Shown piece after piece: positions 52,119-63,761 of a DNA stretch of 64,000 bases. Each line of letters opens with the position of its first letter. The stretch's first letter is position 1. Source of the stretch: Candidatus Omnitrophota bacterium (lineage in GTDB: Bacteria > Omnitrophota > Gorgyraeia > S143-82). A program made the position numbers and the translations under genes. The stretch is taken from the NCBI GenBank assembly GCA_015494465.1, contig WGBD01000008.1:3485-67484 (forward strand), given 5' to 3'. The notes below the pieces were generated by a model. That model made no database searches. It was not told where the DNA came from and saw only the letters and a list, made by a program, of their open reading frames with translations.

Positions 52119-54869
52119 TCACACAAACCTACCACAGCACTTTTTGTACTTCTTCCCGCTTCCACATGGGCAGGGGGCATTCCTTGGGATCTTCTCCCCC
52201 GGTTTGGGCACATACTTGGGGCCTTCCTGCGAGAGCTGATCCCCAGAGAAGGGATGGACCGCCCTCTGGGGCACCCTCTCGAACACCGACCTTGCCCTCT
52301 TGCTTACATCTATCTTTACATTGAATATAAACGCTACCAACTCGTTCTTTATGCTGTCCATCAGGATGGAGAACATGTTGAAGGCCTCCTGCTTGTACTC
52401 GACGATGGGATCCATGTTCCCGTAGGCACGCAGGTCTATGGACTCCTTCAATAGGTCCATAGAATGCAGGTGCTCCTTCCAGTGCTTGTCTATCACCTGC
52501 AGGAATACCATCCGCATAAACTCGGTGAAGGCCTCGGGATCCGGCACCTGAGCGATCTTATCATCCAAGGCCTTCTCTATCGCGTCAAAGACGAGGTCCT
52601 TTATTTCATCCCTGTCCTTACCCTTCAGGTCCTCTTCGGAGATGCTCAGGGCAAAGTTGTGATTGAGGAAGGCGAGGAATCCGTCTATGTCCCAGTCCTT
52701 GGGGCTTATCCCTGCAGGGAGGAAGTGCTCCACCGCATTCTCCAAGACCTCCCAAGCGACATCCAATATCATCTCCCTTATGGTCTTGGCGTCCGCAAAA
52801 AGGACCTCCCGACGCCAGGTGTATATCACCTCCCGCTGTTTGTTCATCACATCGTCCAGTTCTAGGAGGTTCTTCCTTATCTCGAAGTGGTGGTTCTCCA
52901 CCCGCTTCTGGGCCATCTCAATGGACTTGGATATCAGGGGATGCTCCAGCCTCTCACCTTCCTCCATCCCCAACTTCTCCATCAGACCCTTTATCCGGTC
53001 CGATCCAAAGAGGCGCATCAGGTCGTCTTCCAAGGACACATAAAACCGGGAAGATCCGGGATCTCCTTGCCTTCCTGCCCTACCCCTCAACTGGTTGTCT
53101 ATCCGGCGGGACTCGTGGCGCTCGGTCCCTATCACGTGCAATCCGCCCAGTTCCACCACCTTTTTGTGCTCTTCTTCTGCCTGGGCGTAGAGTTTTTTGC
53201 GCATCTCCTCCTCTATCTGCTTGCGCTTCTCAGGGTCCTTTTCCTCCACCGTCGCCAGATAACTTTTGAGGAGATATTCGGGGTTGCCACCCAGCAATAT
53301 GTCAGTTCCCCTTCCCGCCATGTTGGTGGCAATGGTAACGGCCTTGTACCGTCCCGCCTGGGCGACGATGTAGGCCTCCCTCTCGTGGTACTTGGCGTTG
53401 AGGACCTGATGGGGGATACCCCGCAGTTTCAGTAGGTTGCTGAGGTACTCGGACTTTTCTATGGAAGTGGTGCCCACCAGCACCGGCCTGCCCTTCTTGT
53501 AGAGCTCCTCTATCTCCTCAACCACCGCGTTGAACTTCTCCCTCTGGGTGCGGAAGACCAGATCCGGATAGTTTATCCTGCGCAACGGCCGGTTCGTCGG
53601 TATTACCACCACATCCAAGCCGTATATCTTGCGGAACTCCGCGGCCTCGGTGGCAGCCGTTCCGGTCATCCCGGCGAGTTTACGATACATACGGAAGTAG
53701 TTTTGTAGGGTTATAGTGGCCAGGGTCTGGTTCTCCCTCTCTATCCGCAGTCCCTCCTTGGCCTCTATCGCCTGGTGCAGGCCGTCTGACCAGCGCCTGC
53801 CCGGCATGAGCCTGCCGGTGAACTCGTCCACTATAATCACCTTCCCGTCCTTGACCACATAATCCACATCCCGCTTGAATAGGTAGTGGGCCTTGAGGGC
53901 CTGATTCACGTGATGCTTCAACTCCATCGTGTCTATGTCGTGGAGGTTGTCCACCCCGAGGAGTCTGGCGACCTTCTCCTCCCCCTGCTCGGTCAGATAG
54001 GCAGTGCGGGCCTTTTCGTCCACTATGAAGTCTCCGGTCTCCTCCTTGGTCTCTTCGTTCCGCTCACCCCTCTCCAGAAGGGGGATTATCTTGTCTATCT
54101 TGTAGTACAATTCGGTGGACTCCTCTGCAGGTCCGGAGATGATAAGCGGTGTACGGGCCTCGTCTATCAATATGCTGTCCACCTCGTCCACTATCGCGTA
54201 GTGCAGTTCCCTCTGGACCATGTCCTCTTTGTGGACGACCATGTTGTCCCGCAGATAATCGAATCCAAACTCGTTGTTAGTGCCGTAGACGATGTCGCAG
54301 GCGTAGACCTTCTTCCTGTCCCAAGGGGGCATGTCGTGCTGGAGGACACCAACCGTCAGGCCCAAGAACTCGTAAATGGGACCCATCCACTCCCTGTCTC
54401 TGCGGGCGAGGTAGTCGTTGACCGTAACGATGTGCACGCCCCTTCCGGTAAGGGCGTTCAGATAGGCGGGCAGCGTCGCCACCAGAGTCTTACCCTCCCC
54501 GGTGGCCATCTCCGCAATCTTGCCCTCGTGCAGGACCAGACCACCGATGAGTTGGACATCAAAGTGGCGCATGTTAAGGAGCCTGCGGGCGGTCTCCCTG
54601 ACCACCGCAAAGGCCTCGGGAAGTATCTCGTTCAGGGCCTTCTGCTCTATCCTGAACTTGAGGTCCTCGTCCGCCTCCTTGGGGAGGTGCCGTTTGAGAT
54701 AGGCATCTATCCTCTCCCGAAACTCGTCGGTCTTGGCCCTTAGTTGGCTATCCGAAAGGGCCCGCATCTCGGGCTCGAGGGCATTTATCTTCTCTACCAC
54801 CTTCATCGCTCGCTTTATCTGGCGCTCGTTGTAGGAGCCTATCAACTTGTTTATCAAAAAATTAAGCAT
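52119..54869 (-). CDS. secA: Preprotein translocase ATPase SecA
   Basis: DEAD-like motor motifs and a C-terminal zinc-binding tail ([14 protein letters not shown]); 916 aa. Confidence 0.96.
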   Translation of the reverse strand: MLNFLINKLIGSYNERQIKRAMKVVEKINALEPEMRALSDSQLRAKTDEFRERIDAYLKRHLPKEADEDLKFRIEQKALNEILPEAFAVVRETARRLLNMRHFDVQLIGGLVLHEGKIAEMATGEGKTLVATLPAYLNALTGRGVHIVTVNDYLARRDREWMGPIYEFLGLTVGVLQHDMPPWDRKKVYACDIVYGTNNEFGFDYLRDNMVVHKEDMVQRELHYAIVDEVDSILIDEARTPLIISGPAEESTELYYKIDKIIPLLERGERNEETKEETGDFIVDEKARTAYLTEQGEEKVARLLGVDNLHDIDTMELKHHVNQALKAHYLFKRDVDYVVKDGKVIIVDEFTGRLMPGRRWSDGLHQAIEAKEGLRIERENQTLATITLQNYFRMYRKLAGMTGTAATEAAEFRKIYGLDVVVIPTNRPLRRINYPDLVFRTQREKFNAVVEEIEELYKKGRPVLVGTTSIEKSEYLSNLLKLRGIPHQVLNAKYHEREAYIVAQAGRYKAVTIATNMAGRGTDILLGGNPEYLLKSYLATVEEKDPEKRKQIEEEMRKKLYAQAEEEHKKVVELGGLHVIGTERHESRRIDNQLRGRAGRQGDPGSSRFYVSLEDDLMRLFGSDRIKGLMEKLGMEEGERLEHPLISKSIEMAQKRVENHHFEIRKNLLELDDVMNKQREVIYTWRREVLFADAKTIREMILDVAWEVLENAVEHFLPAGISPKDWDIDGFLAFLNHNFALSISEEDLKGKDRDEIKDLVFDAIEKALDDKIAQVPDPEAFTEFMRMVFLQVIDKHWKEHLHSMDLLKESIDLRAYGNMDPIVEYKQEAFNMFSILMDSIKNELVAFIFNVKIDVSKRARSVFERVPQRAVHPFSGDQLSQEGPKYVPKPGEKIPRNAPCPCGSGKKYKKCCGRFV

Positions 54870-54925
54870 TACGAATCCCTCCTTTTCCCTCGGCAGGAAG
54901 TATTGCGTTATTCCCTATTTTATTC

Positions 54926-55828
54926 CTATGCAGGGCTGGACTCAAGTTTTGCCTTCATACGGCAGACCGCGCACAAATCTCCTGCAGAGGTGGGATACCC
55001 GCAATTGCGGCATGGAGACAGGCCCTGTCTCTCCTCCTCAGGGAAGGTGATCTGCTTCCTTGCAGAGTAAAAGCCCTTAAGGAACCTAATAATCGTCCCG
55101 GGCATGTCCTCTTCAAGGGCCAATAGGTGGCGCTTGAAGACCCTGCTCGTGGCCCCTTTGGACAAAGGGCAGGGGGACTCAACATAATCTATCCCCTGAA
55201 AGAAACAGTACATAGCGGTCTCCCTTTCGGTCACGAATACCAAAGGTTTGACCTTCCTCGCAAATCCCTCCTCCTCGGATAACTTCGGGCTCTGTCGGGA
55301 CAAATAGCTCACCTTCCACTGCAAGACATTGGCAAGCAAAGTCCCCGCCTCGTCGAACATCGTATGCCCGGTGGCCAAGACCTTTCCTAAGGCGAACCTG
55401 TTCATGTAATAGCGCTTCAGGGTGCCACAGAGAGAACAGGCAGGACGCCTCAACCTGCGGGCCACCTCGGGGATGGGCCAGCCGAATACATCCACCAGAG
55501 ACTCTATGTGCACCGGAATAGCGAACCTCTTGGAAAACCCTTCTATCACCCGCTTCGCCACATCTGAGGCGCCCTCTATTCCTAGGTCTAAAAAGTAGCC
55601 GGATACATTCCAGCCCAGATCGTGAAGGATGTGCAATAGACCAAGGCTGTCCTTCCCTCCGGAGACCGCCACGACGACCTCTTCACCCTCCCGGAAGAGG
55701 CGAAACTTCTCAATCGCATAGGAAACTCGCTTCTTTACGAACGAGACGAAGTCCGCCCTGCACAGACGCAGGTTGTACATCCGCAGGTGGACTTCGACAT
55801 CTTTAGAACCACAGAACCTACAGCGCAT
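54926..55828 (-). CDS. TtuA/TtcA-family PP-loop tRNA 2-thiolation protein
   Basis: An N-terminal CxxC zinc finger (CRFCGS), the PP-loop SGGKDS, and a C-terminal CRNC...CAVC zinc finger. Confidence 0.75.
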   Translation of the reverse strand: MRCRFCGSKDVEVHLRMYNLRLCRADFVSFVKKRVSYAIEKFRLFREGEEVVVAVSGGKDSLGLLHILHDLGWNVSGYFLDLGIEGASDVAKRVIEGFSKRFAIPVHIESLVDVFGWPIPEVARRLRRPACSLCGTLKRYYMNRFALGKVLATGHTMFDEAGTLLANVLQWKVSYLSRQSPKLSEEEGFARKVKPLVFVTERETAMYCFFQGIDYVESPCPLSKGATSRVFKRHLLALEEDMPGTIIRFLKGFYSARKQITFPEEERQGLSPCRNCGYPTSAGDLCAVCRMKAKLESSPA

Positions 55829-55830
55829 GA

Positions 55831-57393
55831 TTACTTAAGCCGACAACATCTCATTTTCATCTTTTTGGTCCCGCATCCCCCAGTGCAGTCAAATCCTACA
55901 GCTACATATCCTCCGGGACAATTGCCCCACTTGGAGTCAGGCGTATACACACAATCGTTGTAATCTATGTGCACCGGATTCAGCATCTTACTTGCCCAAT
56001 CGGGGTGTACCCCCGGCTTTTTGGGATTAGCTATATAGATGTCCTTTACTACCACATAGCCATTCACATCCAGCCTAGTCTTCTCTCCACCAACCGTCCT
56101 GGTCCCTGAGGCCCCTAAACTACCTATCGCCATTCCCCCGTCAGCAAAGACCTGCACTCCTGACGATCCATTTCCAGCAGATAAGACCCTACCGTTGTGG
56201 TTGCCTTGCACGGTCAAAAGGGCTCGAGGAGTGGCGCTGCCACCCACCACTACCGCACCACTTGGTCCCACCCTCAGGTGATACGGAGTTCCAACCACAT
56301 CCAACAACTGACCGCTCCCTTTGCTGGTAACGGTAAGACTTGCGTTCAACGAGCCAAAGGACACCGTACCGATTACGACTCTACCACCTGAATCGATACC
56401 CAGTGCAGGTACCCCTCGAGGTGAAAGGATAATGTTCTCTCCGCTCCCTCCGGAGATGGAGCCAAACTCAGCGGCAGAAAGGCCTTGATTGTAACCGAGA
56501 TAGCCTATCCCGTTCATGCCGGGATCCAACCAATACAATGCCGATCTGCTGTTGCCCACTCCGGCTATGTAAAAGACCGCCCTGTCTCCGTATCCACTAG
56601 GGTCGTACATGTCTGGCTGCGGGTGGAGAGGATCCAATACCATCTGACTAGCGTACACCTGCAACGGAACGGGGCTCATCAGCTGATGGTCTACGACGCC
56701 TATCTGTAATGGTTTTTGGGAGTATATGGAATTCTTTTTCCCTCCCGAAGTCTGTTCCGCAACCCAGATCCCCACCCGGTTGTCTCCACTGCCTGCCCAG
56801 ATCCCTCCCTTCTGGCTCCCATCCGTACCAAGCCCCACCAGATAGTTCCCAGCAGAGTCACCGATAACCAGCCCGGATATATTGCCACCTCTACAGACGA
56901 ATTCCGGCTGAAGGCCAAAGTGCCCTATACCTAGCTCCAACTCCGGATGCTGCCCGTCTCCCTCCTTTCTAACATACACACTCACATCCTGAAAATCCCC
57001 GGAAAGAGTAGAAACCGGACCTATAGTCAATACCCCACCATCGGTGTAGGTCAGGGCATCGTTGCCTGCGTTTATCATCGCTTCAGGCCCGGCAACTACC
57101 CGCAACTTCGCATTCCCTGCACCGCTAATCGTGGGCACTGCATCCGTACCGACACCATCGTACTCGCCAATTACCACCGCCCGCTTTACATAGGCCACGC
57201 CTTCGTGTGCATATACCGCATTGGCATCTATGTAATCCGGGACATTTCTGTCCCCGACCACCAAAGAAACCGCCCGCAATTCTACATACTCTCCATAGGG
57301 CGAAGGATAGTAGACCGACACCTTTGATCGCGCCCAGCCCAAGGTAAACACGCCAAACACCAGCCCTACTAATGCTAGAAAACACTTCTTCAT
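55831..57393 (-). CDS. Secreted 520-aa protein with the N-terminal VYYPSPYGEYVELR module and a Cys-rich C-terminus
   Basis: The signal peptide is MKKCFLALVGLVFGVFTLGWA. The module is shared with 41034..41549. Gly/Thr/Val-rich beta-rich repeats follow, and the protein ends CTGGCGTKKMKMRCCRLK. Confidence 0.55.
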   Translation of the reverse strand: MKKCFLALVGLVFGVFTLGWARSKVSVYYPSPYGEYVELRAVSLVVGDRNVPDYIDANAVYAHEGVAYVKRAVVIGEYDGVGTDAVPTISGAGNAKLRVVAGPEAMINAGNDALTYTDGGVLTIGPVSTLSGDFQDVSVYVRKEGDGQHPELELGIGHFGLQPEFVCRGGNISGLVIGDSAGNYLVGLGTDGSQKGGIWAGSGDNRVGIWVAEQTSGGKKNSIYSQKPLQIGVVDHQLMSPVPLQVYASQMVLDPLHPQPDMYDPSGYGDRAVFYIAGVGNSRSALYWLDPGMNGIGYLGYNQGLSAAEFGSISGGSGENIILSPRGVPALGIDSGGRVVIGTVSFGSLNASLTVTSKGSGQLLDVVGTPYHLRVGPSGAVVVGGSATPRALLTVQGNHNGRVLSAGNGSSGVQVFADGGMAIGSLGASGTRTVGGEKTRLDVNGYVVVKDIYIANPKKPGVHPDWASKMLNPVHIDYNDCVYTPDSKWGNCPGGYVAVGFDCTGGCGTKKMKMRCCRLK

Positions 57394-57401
57394 GGCACCT
57401 C

Positions 57402-57602
57402 CTATCCCCTAGAAAGGACCCTCCTTACCTCCCAATCCGAATCCTCGGTTATACGGGGGTTTACTATCAATCTATTGGACTTCTTATCTATACAAATCAC
57501 CTCTTCGTAAAAAACACCCCTCTCCCGCAGGACATCCCACAGTCTCCTCCCCACCATATCTTGATCGAATATGTCCTTACCGTCCAACAACAACCGCCCC
57601 AT
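57402..57602 (-). CDS. Small hypothetical protein (66 aa) between the PagL-like gene and the secreted-protein gene
   Basis: An ORF that fills the gap in the operon, with 3-nt and 8-nt spacings. No motif recognised. Confidence 0.35.
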   Translation of the reverse strand: MGRLLLDGKDIFDQDMVGRRLWDVLRERGVFYEEVICIDKKSNRLIVNPRITEDSDWEVRRVLSRG

Positions 57603-57605
57603 ACA

Positions 57606-58172
57606 TCAAAACCTGCCCTTTACCCCTGCTACTACACCTTGGGTGTTCACTCCCTTGTTAGGTTCCTCTAAGCCCGCGTTGGAGAAGTGCCTTATTCTGT
57701 ACTCAATGGACATACTCCACCTCTTATCCACCTTCCACTCTACCCCAGCCCCCGCAAACGAGAAGAAGTTCCATTGACTGCCCTGCTCGTTGGTGTGCTG
57801 GGTGGTGTAACCGGGCCCAGTCCCCCCCCTCAAGTAAGGGGACAATCTTTTATCCTTCCCAAATGGATGCCAGACGAGGTTGAAACTCAACCCGAACTCC
57901 ACATTGGTCTCCGGCCCGATCACCGGGTTGACAAAGGGCTCCAACTCAAAGTCCCACTTATCGTTCAGGGCCCTGCCTATTGCCACATATATGGGGGTGA
58001 TCTCGTAATCGTCCTTGTCAGCCAATTCGTCGTCCACCATGTAGCCGGAACTCACCCAGACATAATCCCAGGCCAACAACCTCCCCACGGCACACACAAC
58101 TAATAAGGAGAATAGACAAACCGCCACCTTGCTCCTCATACCAACGCCCCCCTGTTTATTCAGGCCACACAC
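57606..58172 (-). CDS. PagL-like lipid A deacylase / acyloxyacyl hydrolase family outer-membrane beta-barrel protein
   Basis: A signal peptide (MRSKVAVCLFSLLVVCAV), a small beta-barrel length, and the catalytic HFSNAG (H-x-S-N-G) motif near the C-terminus, which ends in F. Confidence 0.5.
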   Translation of the reverse strand: MCGLNKQGGVGMRSKVAVCLFSLLVVCAVGRLLAWDYVWVSSGYMVDDELADKDDYEITPIYVAIGRALNDKWDFELEPFVNPVIGPETNVEFGLSFNLVWHPFGKDKRLSPYLRGGTGPGYTTQHTNEQGSQWNFFSFAGAGVEWKVDKRWSMSIEYRIRHFSNAGLEEPNKGVNTQGVVAGVKGRF

Positions 58173-59452
58173 AACACGAATCCGCTCCTCACCTTGGGAT
58201 AGAAGTAAGTGGACTTCTGGGGCATCCGCTCACCCTTCAGGGCCACCTCGTAGACCCTATCCAGAGATGTGGGCCTCACCACAAAACCCGCCTGTCCGGG
58301 CAAGGGGTTCAGGACCTTCTCCAGCGACTTCTCGTAGGAGAAGTTGCCCTCCTCCTGACGCACCTTCAACAACGGCATAAGCAGGTTGTGCAACACCACG
58401 ATGTGCAACCTGCGATACTCCTTGGAGAAAGACGGGAGGCTCTCTTCTAAGAGATCCGCAGGATCCAGATCCTTTTTAAGCGACACCTTGAATGTCCCGA
58501 AACTGCAGATCAAACCGTACTCGTACTCTCCCCGCTCACCTCGGGATATGGCCTCCATCTCGCTGGCCTTGGAGACCTCCACGGAGAAGACATTGCCCAA
58601 GGAGTTCAACAACTCCTCTTCACCGTTGATGGAAAACTCCTTCACCCTGCGGTGGATGGGGAGGATGGTTATGTTCTCGGGATTCATCGGGGCGAAGTAG
58701 ACCATTATGTAGTTATACCAGGCCTCCGGATCGTAGTCCCCGCTCTCCTTCATGTGATCCCGATACCTCAAGGCCACCTCAAAGCGGTGGTGGCCGTCGG
58801 CTATCAACGCCCGCTTGTCAAACACCAAGGTCTTGAGTTTCTCAATCCAATCCCTATCCACGACCCTGCCGACGGAGTGCAGTCCCTGATCGTCCTTAGC
58901 AGTCACCTCCTCTATCACCTCCGCACCGCGCAGGTGATCGAGTATGAGCTTGTCCTTATCCGGGAGGAGGAAGAAGACCGGCTCCAGGATGGCGCGGGTC
59001 TGTTTCAACAGATCGAACCGATCTTCTTTGGGGCCGGAGTGGGTGTTCTCGTGAGGCAATACCCATCCGGGTTCTTCGGGCAGTCTGAATAGGGCAACGA
59101 ACCCCCAACGCTCCCTCTCCCTACCAGCGTAGGAGTAAGTCTGGCGATAAAGATAGATACTGTCCTCTCGGTCCTGCACCAGCACCCCGCTGGAAAGCCA
59201 GGTATCAATAAGTGTGCGCACCGGGGAGTAATCCCGCACTTCCATCCCTATGGATTCAGAGAGGGGCTTGCTGAGGACTACCTGAACGAAGTTGTAATCC
59301 GAGAGGTTCAGGAGGTCCTCCCTCTCAAGGTCGTCTATGACGTCGTAAGGCGGGCAGGTGAGATCAGTCCAGTCCCTACCGAACCTATCGGGATTGTAGC
59401 GCACCCCCTTAAAGGATCTTATTTCTAATCCCATCCAACCACTCCCTCTCAA
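58160..59452 (-). CDS. DUF1015 family protein
   Basis: PHENTHSGPKEDR and ADGHHR signatures of DUF1015. Confidence 0.75.
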   Translation of the reverse strand: MRGSGWMGLEIRSFKGVRYNPDRFGRDWTDLTCPPYDVIDDLEREDLLNLSDYNFVQVVLSKPLSESIGMEVRDYSPVRTLIDTWLSSGVLVQDREDSIYLYRQTYSYAGRERERWGFVALFRLPEEPGWVLPHENTHSGPKEDRFDLLKQTRAILEPVFFLLPDKDKLILDHLRGAEVIEEVTAKDDQGLHSVGRVVDRDWIEKLKTLVFDKRALIADGHHRFEVALRYRDHMKESGDYDPEAWYNYIMVYFAPMNPENITILPIHRRVKEFSINGEEELLNSLGNVFSVEVSKASEMEAISRGERGEYEYGLICSFGTFKVSLKKDLDPADLLEESLPSFSKEYRRLHIVVLHNLLMPLLKVRQEEGNFSYEKSLEKVLNPLPGQAGFVVRPTSLDRVYEVALKGERMPQKSTYFYPKVRSGFVLCVA

Positions 59453-59834
59453 ATACCACCGCGAATATCCAGACCCCTAAAAAGGCGCCGATCAGATCCG
59501 CCATCACATCTACCACCGACGGCGTGCGCATGGGAATCGCCACCTGATATATCTCGTTCACGATTCCCACCGCCACCGAAAACGAGATAACCGGGTAGGG
59601 ATAAAAACCCTCGTAGCGAAGAAAGACAAGATAGGAGACCAGAAAAGAGAGCAGGGCGTACTCAACTATGTGGGCGATGTAATCCATCCCCGAAGGGAGG
59701 TAGAGTTTATCCCCGGGGATTGAGGAAAGCAGGAAGATAATAACGATGTAAAGCAGGGTGAGGAAACCTACAAACGCCCGATTAAGGATTCTCTTTCCCT
59801 GTAGTGCCCTGCTGAGAGGCGTCTTTGGAACCAT
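59409..59834 (-). CDS. VanZ-like family membrane protein
   Basis: Four TM helices and the NEIYQ...DVMADLIGAFLG VanZ signature. Confidence 0.7.
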   Translation of the reverse strand: MVPKTPLSRALQGKRILNRAFVGFLTLLYIVIIFLLSSIPGDKLYLPSGMDYIAHIVEYALLSFLVSYLVFLRYEGFYPYPVISFSVAVGIVNEIYQVAIPMRTPSVVDVMADLIGAFLGVWIFAVVFEREWLDGIRNKIL

Positions 59835-60057
59835 CCGAGGATCCCTTTTCTTTCCCTCCTGAAGGGGCGGACTTCCTCTTGTAATCGGTCTCGTAAAAAC
59901 CGCTCCCCTTGAATATAATCCCCATCCCCGTACCGATTAATCTCCGAAGACTATTTTTACCACACTTCGGACACTTTTGCAAAGGAGGTTCGGACATACT
60001 CTGGAATTCCTCAAACGTATGATCACAGGCCTGGCATTGATATTCGTAAGTCGGCAT
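59782..60057 (-). CDS. FmdB-family zinc-ribbon regulatory protein
   Basis: MPTYEYQCQACDHTFEE...CPKCG is the canonical FmdB zinc ribbon, followed by a low-complexity tail. Confidence 0.8.
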   Translation of the reverse strand: MPTYEYQCQACDHTFEEFQSMSEPPLQKCPKCGKNSLRRLIGTGMGIIFKGSGFYETDYKRKSAPSGGKEKGSSDGSKDASQQGTTGKENP

Positions 60058-60074
60058 GTCCCATCACCTCTCCG

Positions 60075-61214
60075 CTAGAACTTCCAAAATCCTGCCTTTT
60101 CTAACACCCGCTCTCCCCTCAACCGGGCTATTTCTCTGAGTAGTTCCTCCTCCTTACCCGATACCGATCTGGGGATCTCCACCTGCACCTCCACATACTG
60201 ATCACCAACCCCACGCCCCCTTACATCGGGCATACCCTTGCCCTTAAGCCTGAGTTTTGCGCCCGGCTGGGTGCCCGGCGGGACCTTGACCTTGGCCTTG
60301 CCCGAGAGGGTAGGCACCTCTATCTCGGTGCCAAGGGCTGCTTGATACATAGATATCTTGTGCCTGACATATATGTCCCGTCCCCGGCGCTCGAATACCG
60401 GATGGGGCGCTATCCTCACCAGGACATACAGGTCTCCTGGCCTCCCCCCGGCAACCTGCTCACCTTCTCCTGCAAGCCTCAAGTGCGTCCCGTCCTCTAT
60501 CCCTGCCGGGACCTTGACCTTTATCCTGCGGGAGACCAAGGCGTACCCCGATCCACCGCAATTAGAACAGGGTTTAGTTATCACCTGACCGCTTCCGCCA
60601 CAGCGGGGACAGGTGGTCTGCATGGTGAAAAATCCCGCAGACCGGCTCACCACCCCCTTCCCCCTGCACTGAGGGCAGACCGTGGGTGCGGTCCCCGGAC
60701 TGGCACCACTTCCGTTACAGACACCGCAGGTCTCGTACCTCTGTACGGTTATCGTCTTTTCTGTACCTCTGTAAGCCTCCTCCAAGGAAATCGTTATCTG
60801 GACCTCCTGATCCCGCCCCTTTCGCCTCTTGGCACCACGCCTACCAGCAGTGCGGTATTCAAACACATCGCCAAAACCAAAACTCCTCAGGAGGTCGTCC
60901 AACCCGAAGTCGCCAAATATGTCCTGAAGGTCGTCGAAGTGAGTGAAGTTGGACCACTGAAACCCTCCTGCACCGAAGGACTGCCTGGCAGCGTCGTAAC
61001 CGTAGGTGTCGTATATCTTACGCTTTTCGGGGTCGCTCAGGACCTCGTAGGCCTCGGAGATCTCCTTGAACTTCTCCTCGGCCTCTTTCTTGTTGTCGGG
61101 ATTCCTGTCGGGATGCCACTTCAGGGCAAGCTTCCTGTAGGCCTGCTTTATCTCCTCCTGAGTGGCATCCCGACTCACGCCCAGTATCTGGTAATAGTCC
61201 TTCTGCTGAGCCAT
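60075..61214 (-). CDS. dnaJ: Molecular chaperone DnaJ
   Basis: A J-domain with HPD, a G/F region, and four CxxCxGxG zinc-finger repeats; 379 aa. Confidence 0.95.
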   Translation of the reverse strand: MAQQKDYYQILGVSRDATQEEIKQAYRKLALKWHPDRNPDNKKEAEEKFKEISEAYEVLSDPEKRKIYDTYGYDAARQSFGAGGFQWSNFTHFDDLQDIFGDFGLDDLLRSFGFGDVFEYRTAGRRGAKRRKGRDQEVQITISLEEAYRGTEKTITVQRYETCGVCNGSGASPGTAPTVCPQCRGKGVVSRSAGFFTMQTTCPRCGGSGQVITKPCSNCGGSGYALVSRRIKVKVPAGIEDGTHLRLAGEGEQVAGGRPGDLYVLVRIAPHPVFERRGRDIYVRHKISMYQAALGTEIEVPTLSGKAKVKVPPGTQPGAKLRLKGKGMPDVRGRGVGDQYVEVQVEIPRSVSGKEEELLREIARLRGERVLEKAGFWKF

Positions 61215-61223
61215 CCCGATAGT

Positions 61224-63116
61224 TTACTCCTCCTTGAACTCCGCGTCTATCACATCGTCTCCGCCTTTATCCGAAGAGCCTCCCTGAGCAGAAGACCCTC
61301 CTGAAGAGGCCTCTCCTCCAGCGGATCCAGCTGCACCGGCACTGGCGCCTGCCTCGCCACTGGCCTGGGCCTTCTTGTACATCTCCTCGGCCAGTTTGTG
61401 CGAGGCCTGCACCAAGGTCTCCATCTTCTGCTTTATCTGATCAATACTACCCTCCTTTATGGCGTTCTTGAGCTCGAGGAGATGGCCCTCTATCTTGGCC
61501 TTCTCCTGGGGATCTATCTTGTCCCCGACCTCCTTCAGGGCGCGCTCGGTGGTATAGACCAACTGATCCGCCTGATTGCGCAGTTCCACCTCTTCCCTGC
61601 GCTTCCTGTCCTGCTCCGCAAACTGCTCTGCCTCCTTTATCATCCTGTCTATCTCCTCACGGGAGAGCTTATTCGGAGCAGTTATCTTTATGGCCTGCTC
61701 CTTGCCGGTGGCAAGGTCCTTGGCGGAGACATGCAGGATACCGTCCGCGTCGATGTCAAAGGTGACCTCTATCTTCGGGACACCCCGCGGTGCAGGAGGT
61801 ATCCCGACGAGGTCAAATCGCCCGAGCTCCACATTGTCGTCGGCCATGGGCCTCTCTCCCTGAAGGACCCTTATGGTCACCGCGCTCTGGTTGTCTTCCG
61901 CGGTGGTGAATATCTGGCTCTTACGGGTGGGTATAGTGGTGTTGCGCTCTATTATCTTGGTGAATACCCCACCCAGGGTCTCTATACCGAGGGAAAGAGG
62001 AGTTACATCCAGAAGGAGCACATCCTTGACCTCCCCTTTAAGGACCGCTGCCTGTATCGCAGCGCCGATAGCCACGCACTCCATAGGATCTATACCGCGT
62101 TCTATCTTCTTGCCGATGTACTCCTCCACCGTGCGCTGGACGATGGGCATACGGGTCGGTCCACCGACCATGATTATCTTGTCTATCTGATTCGGGGTGA
62201 GGTTGGCGTCCTTAAGGGCCTGCTCTATCGGCCCCTTACACCTCTCCACGATGGGCCTGACCAGTTCCTCCAACTTGGCCCGGTTGATGGTCATAGTCAG
62301 GTGCTTGGGGCCAGAGGCATCGGCGGTGATGAACGGCAGATTGATGTCCGTCTCCAAGACGGAAGACAACTCTATCTTGGCCTTCTCCGCTGCCTCTACT
62401 ATCCTCTGCCAGGCCATCTTGTCCTGCTTCAGGTCAATACCCTCCTTCTTCTTAAACTCCTCAACGATGTACTCCGCAAGAGCCAGATCCATGTCCGTAC
62501 CACCGAGCTGGGTATCACCACTGGTGGCAAGGACCTCAAACACCCCGTTGGACATGTCCATTATGGTTACATCCAAAGTACCACCACCCAGGTCGAAGAC
62601 GAGTATCTTGAGGTTCTGGTTCAACTTGTCCAGACCGAACGCAAGACAAGCAGCGGTTGGCTCGTTGATGATGCGCAGGACCTTAAGCCCTGCGATCTCA
62701 CCCGCGTCCTTCGTCGCCTGACGCTGGTTGTCGTTGAAGTAGGCAGGAACGGTTATGACCGCCTCGGTAACCGGCTCACCCAAGAAGGCCTCCGCGTCCC
62801 TCTTTATCTTCTGGAGGATAAACGCGGAGATCTGCTGAGGGGTGTACTCTTTCCCGTATACGACGAACTTGTGGTTCGTACCCATGTACCTCTTCACCCG
62901 GGTAATGGTGCCTTCGGGGTTGATGGCCGCCTGCCTGCGGGCAGGTTCACCCACCAACAGTTGCCCATCCTTGGTGAAGGCCACCACCGACGGGAAGGCC
63001 TTTCCCCCTCCCACGGTAGTACCCTCAGCAGAAGGGATAATCTTTGCCTGTCCTCCCTCGTACACCGCAGCAGCGGAGTTGGAAGTCCCCAGATCTATCC
63101 CTATTGCCTTTGCCAT
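61224..63116 (-). CDS. dnaK: Molecular chaperone DnaK (Hsp70)
   Basis: [18 protein letters not shown] and other Hsp70 signatures; 630 aa. Confidence 0.97.
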   Translation of the reverse strand: MAKAIGIDLGTSNSAAAVYEGGQAKIIPSAEGTTVGGGKAFPSVVAFTKDGQLLVGEPARRQAAINPEGTITRVKRYMGTNHKFVVYGKEYTPQQISAFILQKIKRDAEAFLGEPVTEAVITVPAYFNDNQRQATKDAGEIAGLKVLRIINEPTAACLAFGLDKLNQNLKILVFDLGGGTLDVTIMDMSNGVFEVLATSGDTQLGGTDMDLALAEYIVEEFKKKEGIDLKQDKMAWQRIVEAAEKAKIELSSVLETDINLPFITADASGPKHLTMTINRAKLEELVRPIVERCKGPIEQALKDANLTPNQIDKIIMVGGPTRMPIVQRTVEEYIGKKIERGIDPMECVAIGAAIQAAVLKGEVKDVLLLDVTPLSLGIETLGGVFTKIIERNTTIPTRKSQIFTTAEDNQSAVTIRVLQGERPMADDNVELGRFDLVGIPPAPRGVPKIEVTFDIDADGILHVSAKDLATGKEQAIKITAPNKLSREEIDRMIKEAEQFAEQDRKRREEVELRNQADQLVYTTERALKEVGDKIDPQEKAKIEGHLLELKNAIKEGSIDQIKQKMETLVQASHKLAEEMYKKAQASGEAGASAGAAGSAGGEASSGGSSAQGGSSDKGGDDVIDAEFKEE

Positions 63117-63128
63117 AGTATCACCTCC

Positions 63129-63761
63129 CTATTTTTCGTCGTTGTCTCCTTCTTCGTCGTTCTTCTTTTCTTCTTTAACCTTCCCCTTGCTCACCTTGAC
63201 CCTAGCGGGTCTCAGGACCTTGTCGTGGAGCATGTATCCTTTTTGCAAGACCTCGATCACCGTGTTCTCCGGCACATCCTCCCGCTCCTCTTGGAGCAGG
63301 GCCTCGTGGTAGTCGGGATCAAAGGCCTTGCCCTCTGCCTCTATCTCCTGCACACCGTACTTGCGCAGGAGAGAGTAGAGGTCCTTGCCTATCATCTCCA
63401 GCCCCTGGATCAGCTTGTCAATGTCCGGGGTCGCTTTGGCGGAGTGATAGGCGCGCTCAAAGTCGTCCAGGACCGACAGGAAATCCTTTATCAGGTTGTA
63501 CTGAGCAAACTTTATAAACTCCTCCCGCTCCTTGTCCAGCCGTTTGCGGGCGTTCTCGTAATCCGCCTTTATTCGCAGGCACATCTCGTAGTACTCCTTT
63601 GCCTTCTGGGCCTGCTCTTTGAGTCTTTCGTATTCTTCTTTAGCCACGGAAACCACTTCCTCTCCCTGATCAGAGGCCTTCACCCCCTGATCGGAATCTC
63701 CCCTCCTTTCTCTCAACTCCTCTCTGTCCTTGAGGTCTTTCTCCCTTTCCATATCCATCAC
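63129..63761 (-). CDS. grpE: Nucleotide exchange factor GrpE
   Basis: A coiled-coil N-terminus and the GrpE C-terminal beta domain (DPDYHEALLQE...VLQKGYMLHDKVLRPARV). Confidence 0.9.
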   Translation of the reverse strand: MMDMEREKDLKDREELRERRGDSDQGVKASDQGEEVVSVAKEEYERLKEQAQKAKEYYEMCLRIKADYENARKRLDKEREEFIKFAQYNLIKDFLSVLDDFERAYHSAKATPDIDKLIQGLEMIGKDLYSLLRKYGVQEIEAEGKAFDPDYHEALLQEEREDVPENTVIEVLQKGYMLHDKVLRPARVKVSKGKVKEEKKNDEEGDNDEK

